Shown: positions 59,238-64,000 of the stretch, piece after piece
Layout: each line of letters starts with the position of its first letter
Numbering within the stretch: position 1 is the stretch's first letter
DNA from: the human T2T-CHM13v2.0 reference genome, Homo sapiens
DNA: 64,000 bases
Assembly: GCF_009914755.1 (NCBI RefSeq)
Contig: NC_060925.1
Reading direction: 5' to 3' (one strand)
Notes under the pieces: model-generated
What the model saw: the letters and a program-made list of their open reading frames with translations, nothing else
Told to the model about the DNA's origin: nothing
Database searches by the model: none
Position numbers and translations under genes: made by a program

Positions 59238-62200
59238 TTTCATGCGCGTCTGTGTGAAGAGACCACCAAATAGGCTGTGTGTGAGCAACATGGCTGTTTA
59301 TTTCACCTGGGTGCAGGCGGGCTGAGTCCGAAAAGAGAGTCAGTGAAGGGAGATAAGGGTGGGGCCGTTTTATAGGATTTGGGTAGGTAAAGGAAAATTA
59401 CAGTCAAAGGGGGTTTGTTCTCTGGTGGGCAGGAGTGGGGGTCGCAAGGTGCTCAGTGGGGGTGCTTTTTGAGCCAGGATGAGCCAGGGAAAGGACTTTC
59501 ACAAGGTAATGTCATCAGTTAAGGCAAGGATCGGCCATTTACACGTCTTTTGTGGTGGAATGTCATCAGTTAAGGTAGGGCAGGGCCTATTCACTTCTTT
59601 TGTGATTCTTCAGTTACTTCAGGCCATCTGGGAGTATACGTGCAAGTCACAGGGGATGTGATGGCTTGGCTTGGGCTCAGAGGCCTGACATTCCTGCCTT
59701 CTTATATTAATAAGAAAAATAAAACAAAATAGTGTTGAAGTTTTGGGGCGGTGAAAATTTTTGGGGGGTGGTATGGAGAGAGAATGGGCGATGTTTCTCA
59801 GGGCTGCTTCAAGCGGGATTAGGGGCGGCGTGGGAACCTAGAGTGGGAGAGATTAAGCTGAAGGGAGATCTTGTGGTAAGGGGTGATATTGTGGGGATGT
59901 TAGAAGAAACATTTGTCGTATAGAATGATTGGTGATGGCCTGGATACGGTTTTGTATGAATTGAAAAACTAAATGGAATAAGAGAAGGAGAAAAACAGGT
60001 ATAAAAGGTCTAAGAATTGGGATGACTCAGGATATCTGATTAGAGAGTGCTTAAGGAGATTCAGCAAAGTCCTGCCAGCAAAGATTATTTATTTACTTCA
60101 AGAATTAAGAGTGGCAGTTTGGGGATAGCAGGAGGAGATATCAGCTGTGATGGCTTGGAAAAACAGTGTAAACCGGCAGTGTAAACAAGAGCAGGGCATG
60201 TATGAGTAGCTGAGAACGGTGAATAGGAGTATGACTAGACAGAAAATAGTAGGGATGACAAGTTTTTTTTTGGTGGGGGGCACAGTCTAAGTTGGTCTGG
60301 TGTCTGGAATGAGACTGGGGCCTAATAAAAAGGAGCATCTATACAGGAGCTTAAATGGGCTGTACCCTGTAGCATTCCAAGGACAGGCCTGAATTCTGAG
60401 AAGGGAAAGTGGTAAAAGTATTGTCCAGTCCTTTTTAAGTTGGTGGCTGAGCTCAGTGAGGTGTGTTTTTAAAAGACTTTTAGTCCATTCTACTTTTCTT
60501 GAAGACAGAGGACCATAAGTGGTATAAAAGTTTCACTGAATACTAAGAGCCTGAAAAACTGCTTGGCTGATTTGACTAATAAAGGCTCATCTGTTATCAG
60601 ACTGTATTGAGGTGGGAAGGCTAAACTGAGGAATTATGTCTGACAGAAGGGAAGAAATGATTGCGGTGGCCTTCTCAGACCCTGTAGGAAAGGCCCTTAC
60701 TTATTCAGTGAAAGTGTCTATTTAGACTAAGAGGTATTTTAGTTTCCTGACTGGGGCATGTTGAGTAAAGCTAATTTGCCAGTCCTGGGTGGGGGCAAAT
60801 CCTCCAGATTGATGTGTAGGGAAGGGAGGGGGCCTGAATAATCCCTGAGGAGTAGTAGAACAGCAGATGGAACACTGAGAAGTTATTTCCTTGAGGATAG
60901 ATTTCCATGATGGAAAGGAAATGAGAGGTTCTAAGAGGTGGGCTAGTGGCTTGTACTATAGCATAGCCTGCCTTTGCTGGTGTGTGGCGATTAGGCCTGG
61001 TTGAACCGCCAGCAATAAATCAAGCGTGATCAGGGTGAGGAACAAGAAAGAAGGAAATTTGGGGAAATGGGGTGAATGTCAGGTGGATCAGAGAGATACA
61101 GTCATGGGGGTCAGGTGTGGTATCAGGAATAATGTGGGAGGCTGGATTGAAGTCCGGGCCAGGAACAATGGTAATTGTGGGAGACTCAACAAAGAGTGAG
61201 TACAGCTGAAGGAGCCAGGAAGCAGAAAGTATATGCATTAGGTATGAGGAAGAAAATAGATTTTGGAAGTTACGTGAACTGTAGAGAGTGAGTTGAGCAT
61301 AGTTTGTGATTTTGAGGGCCTCTAAAAGTATTAAAGCGTGGCAGCCGCTGCACGCAGACATGAGGGCTAGGATAAAACAGTAAGGTCAAGTTGTTTGCAC
61401 AGAAAGGCTACAGGGTGTGGTCCTGGCTCTTGTGTAAGAATTCTGACGGCACTAACTATGCCTAGGAAGGAAAGGAGTTGTTGTTTTGTAAGGGATTGAG
61501 GTTTGGGAGATTAATCGGACATGATCAGCAGGGAAAGCATGTATGTTTTTATGAGAATTATGCTGAAATAGGTAACAGACGAGGATGAAATTTGGGCTTG
61601 ATTGAAGTAATGGGGTCTATCTGTGAAGGATTGCAGCAGTATGGCCTAGGTAATTTGCTGAGCCTAATGGGTGTCAGGGTCAGTCTAAGTGAAAGCAAAG
61701 AGAGGCTGGGACGAGGGGTGCAGGGGAATAGTGAAAAAAGCATCTTTAAGATCAGGCACGGAATAGTGAGTTGTGGAGGAAGGTATTGAGAACAAAAGAG
61801 TGTATGGGGTTGGGCATCACAGGGTGGATAGGCAAAACAATTTGGTTGATAAGGTGCAGATCCTGAACTAACTTGTAAGCCTTGTCTGGTTTTAGGACAG
61901 GTAAAATGGGGGAATTGTAAGGAGAGTTTATAGGCTTTAAAAGGCCATGTTGTAGCAGGCGAGTGATAACAGGCATTAATCTTTTTAAAGCGTGCTGCGG
62001 GATGGGATATTGATGTTGTGTGGGGTAAGGGTGATTAGGTTTTAATGAGATGGTAAGGGGTGCATGATCCGTCGCCAAAGAGGGAGTAGAGGTATCTTAT
62101 ACTTGTGGGTTAAGGTGGGGGGATACAAGAGGAGGACAGATGCAAAGAGGATTTGGATTGGGAAGAAGGGCGGCAATGAGATATAGCTGTAGTCCAGGAA

Positions 62201-64000
62201 TAGTCAGGGAAGCAGATAATTTAAAGTGTCTCAGCCTAATAAGGGAACTGGGCAGGTGGGGATAACTAAAAAGGAGTGCTTAAAAGAGTATTGTCTAAGT
62301 TAGGACCAGAGTTGGGGAGTTTTAAGAGGTTTAGAAGCCTGGCCGTCAACACCCACAACAGTTATGAAGGCAAAGGAAACAGGCCCTTGAAAAGAAGGTA
62401 ACGTGGAGTGGGTAGCCTCCGTATTGATTAAGAAGGGGACAGGCTTACCTTCCGCTGTGAGAGTTACGCGAAGCTCGGCATCCGTGAATGGTCTAGGGGG
62501 CTTCCGAGGCGATCGTGCAGTGTCAGTCTTCAGCTGCTAAGCCGAGAAGATCTGGGAAGGAGTCAGTCAGAGAGCCTTGGGCCAGAGTTCCAGGGGCTCT
62601 GGGAGTGGCTGCCAGGTGAGTTGAACAGTCCGATTTTCAGTGGGGTCCCGCACAGATGGGACGCGGCTTAGGAGGAATCCCGGGCTGCGGGCATTCCTTG
62701 GCCCAGTGGCCAGATTTCCGGCATGTGTAGCAAGCTCCTGTGGGAGGAGGTTCTGGAGGAACGCCTGGCCACTGCGGTTCAGGCGTTTGGAAGTTCTTGT
62801 GTGCTGGAGATGTGGCTGGGGTTTGTCTCACAGTGGAGGCAAGGAATTGCAAATTTTTTCTGTTATTGTACACCTTGAAGGTGAGGTTAATTAAGTCCTG
62901 TTGTGGGGTTTGAGGGCCAGATTCCAATTTTTGGAGTTTTATTTAATGTCGGGAGCAGATTGGGTAATAAAATGTATTTTGAGAATAAGATGGCCTTTTG
63001 ACCTTTTAGGGTCTAGGGCTGTAAAGTGTCTCAGGGTTGCTGCCAAACGAGCCATGAACTGGGCTGGGTTTTTATATTTGATGAAAAAGAGCCTAAACGC
63101 TTCTGATTTGGGATAAAGAAAAAGGAGCATTAACCTTGACTATGCCTTTGGCTCCAGCCACCTTTTTAAGAGTAAATTGCTGGGCAGGTGGGGGAGGGCT
63201 AGTCACGGAACGAAACTGTAAGCCGGACCAGGTGTGAGGAGGGGAGGTGATAAAAAGATTGTAGGGTGGAGGAGCAGAGGCTGAGGAAGAATTGGGACCT
63301 AGCTCGGCCTGGCGAGGAGCAGCCTGGGGAGGAAGGGAGAGGTCAGATGGGTCTGTAGAAAAGGAAGATTAGAAAGACTCAGCGATGCTTGGGGTTGGTA
63401 CTGAGGGGACAGGCGGGAGGGAAAGAAGGAAGATTTGGGACGAGTTGCACTGGGCACAGAGGCTAGGAAGGGACTGATGTGTAAAAGAATGCCTGGACGT
63501 CAGGCACCTCAGACCGTTTGCCTATTTTACAAGAATTATTTAGATTTTGCAGGATTGAAAAATTCAAAGTGCCATTTTCTGGCTATTTGGAACTACTGTC
63601 GAGTTTGTATTGGGGTCAAGCGGCATTGCAGAAGAAAATAAGGCATTTAGGTTTTAGGTCAGGTGTGAGTTGAAGAGGTTTTAAGTTTTTGAGAACACAG
63701 GCCAAGGGAGTAGGAGGAGGAATGGAGGGTGGAAGGTTCCCATAGTGAAGGAAGCAAGCCTAGAGAAAAGAGAGAGTAGAGAAATGGAGGGAAGGGTTTG
63801 GGGGTTCTTACCTTCCAGAAAAGTGGGAAAAGGGGTTGGGGTGCAGAGATAAGAGGTCAGGGTGTGGAAATAAGGGATTGGGGTACAAAGATATAAGAGG
63901 TTGGGGCACGGAAATAAGGGATTGGGGTGCAGAGATAGGTTGGGGCACAGGAATAAGGGATTGGGGCACAGAGATAAGAGGTTGGGGCATGGAAATAAGG
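59238..64000 (-). mobile_element. HERV-H provirus, deleted form, LTR7 type I 3' LTR; 5' part runs off the window
   Basis: 3' LTR 59238-59690, PPT 59691-59703, env TM remnant, pol and gag remnants (CYTCRKSGHWAKEC), gag ATG 63743, leader repeats at the window end. Confidence 0.95.

Noticed and set aside
52086-59690. Inverted HERV-H pair as a local inverted duplication or assembly artefact
   Set aside because: The LTR subtypes differ, the flanks are unrelated, and the internal sequences carry many private differences.

Overview
Primate, probably human, genomic DNA made almost entirely of transposable elements. I cannot support any host protein-coding exon, tRNA, rRNA or CRISPR array. The first ~27 kb holds MIR/L2/Alu copies, DNA-transposon relics, MLT2 solo LTRs and a full-length L1MA-type LINE. 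That LINE carries a nested L1PA fragment with a 3' transduction. From 27.5 to 48.8 kb an old MER4-group ERV (MER67-like LTR, minus strand) hosts nested insertions. These include an LTR7C-type HERV-H-family provirus (33942-44796) with a tRNA-Phe-type primer site, itself split by a spliced L1PA (SpIRE). Removing that L1 in silico rejoins a stop-free 180-codon frame that sits where env should be but has no env hallmarks. This candidate accessory or captured retroviral gene is the most interesting signal. The window ends with two younger HERV-H proviruses (LTR7B-like, plus strand; LTR7 type I, minus strand) arranged tail-to-tail 1.4 kb apart. Subfamily names and the resemblance to UCA1 come from remembered sequences and need a Dfam/RepeatMasker/BLAST check.
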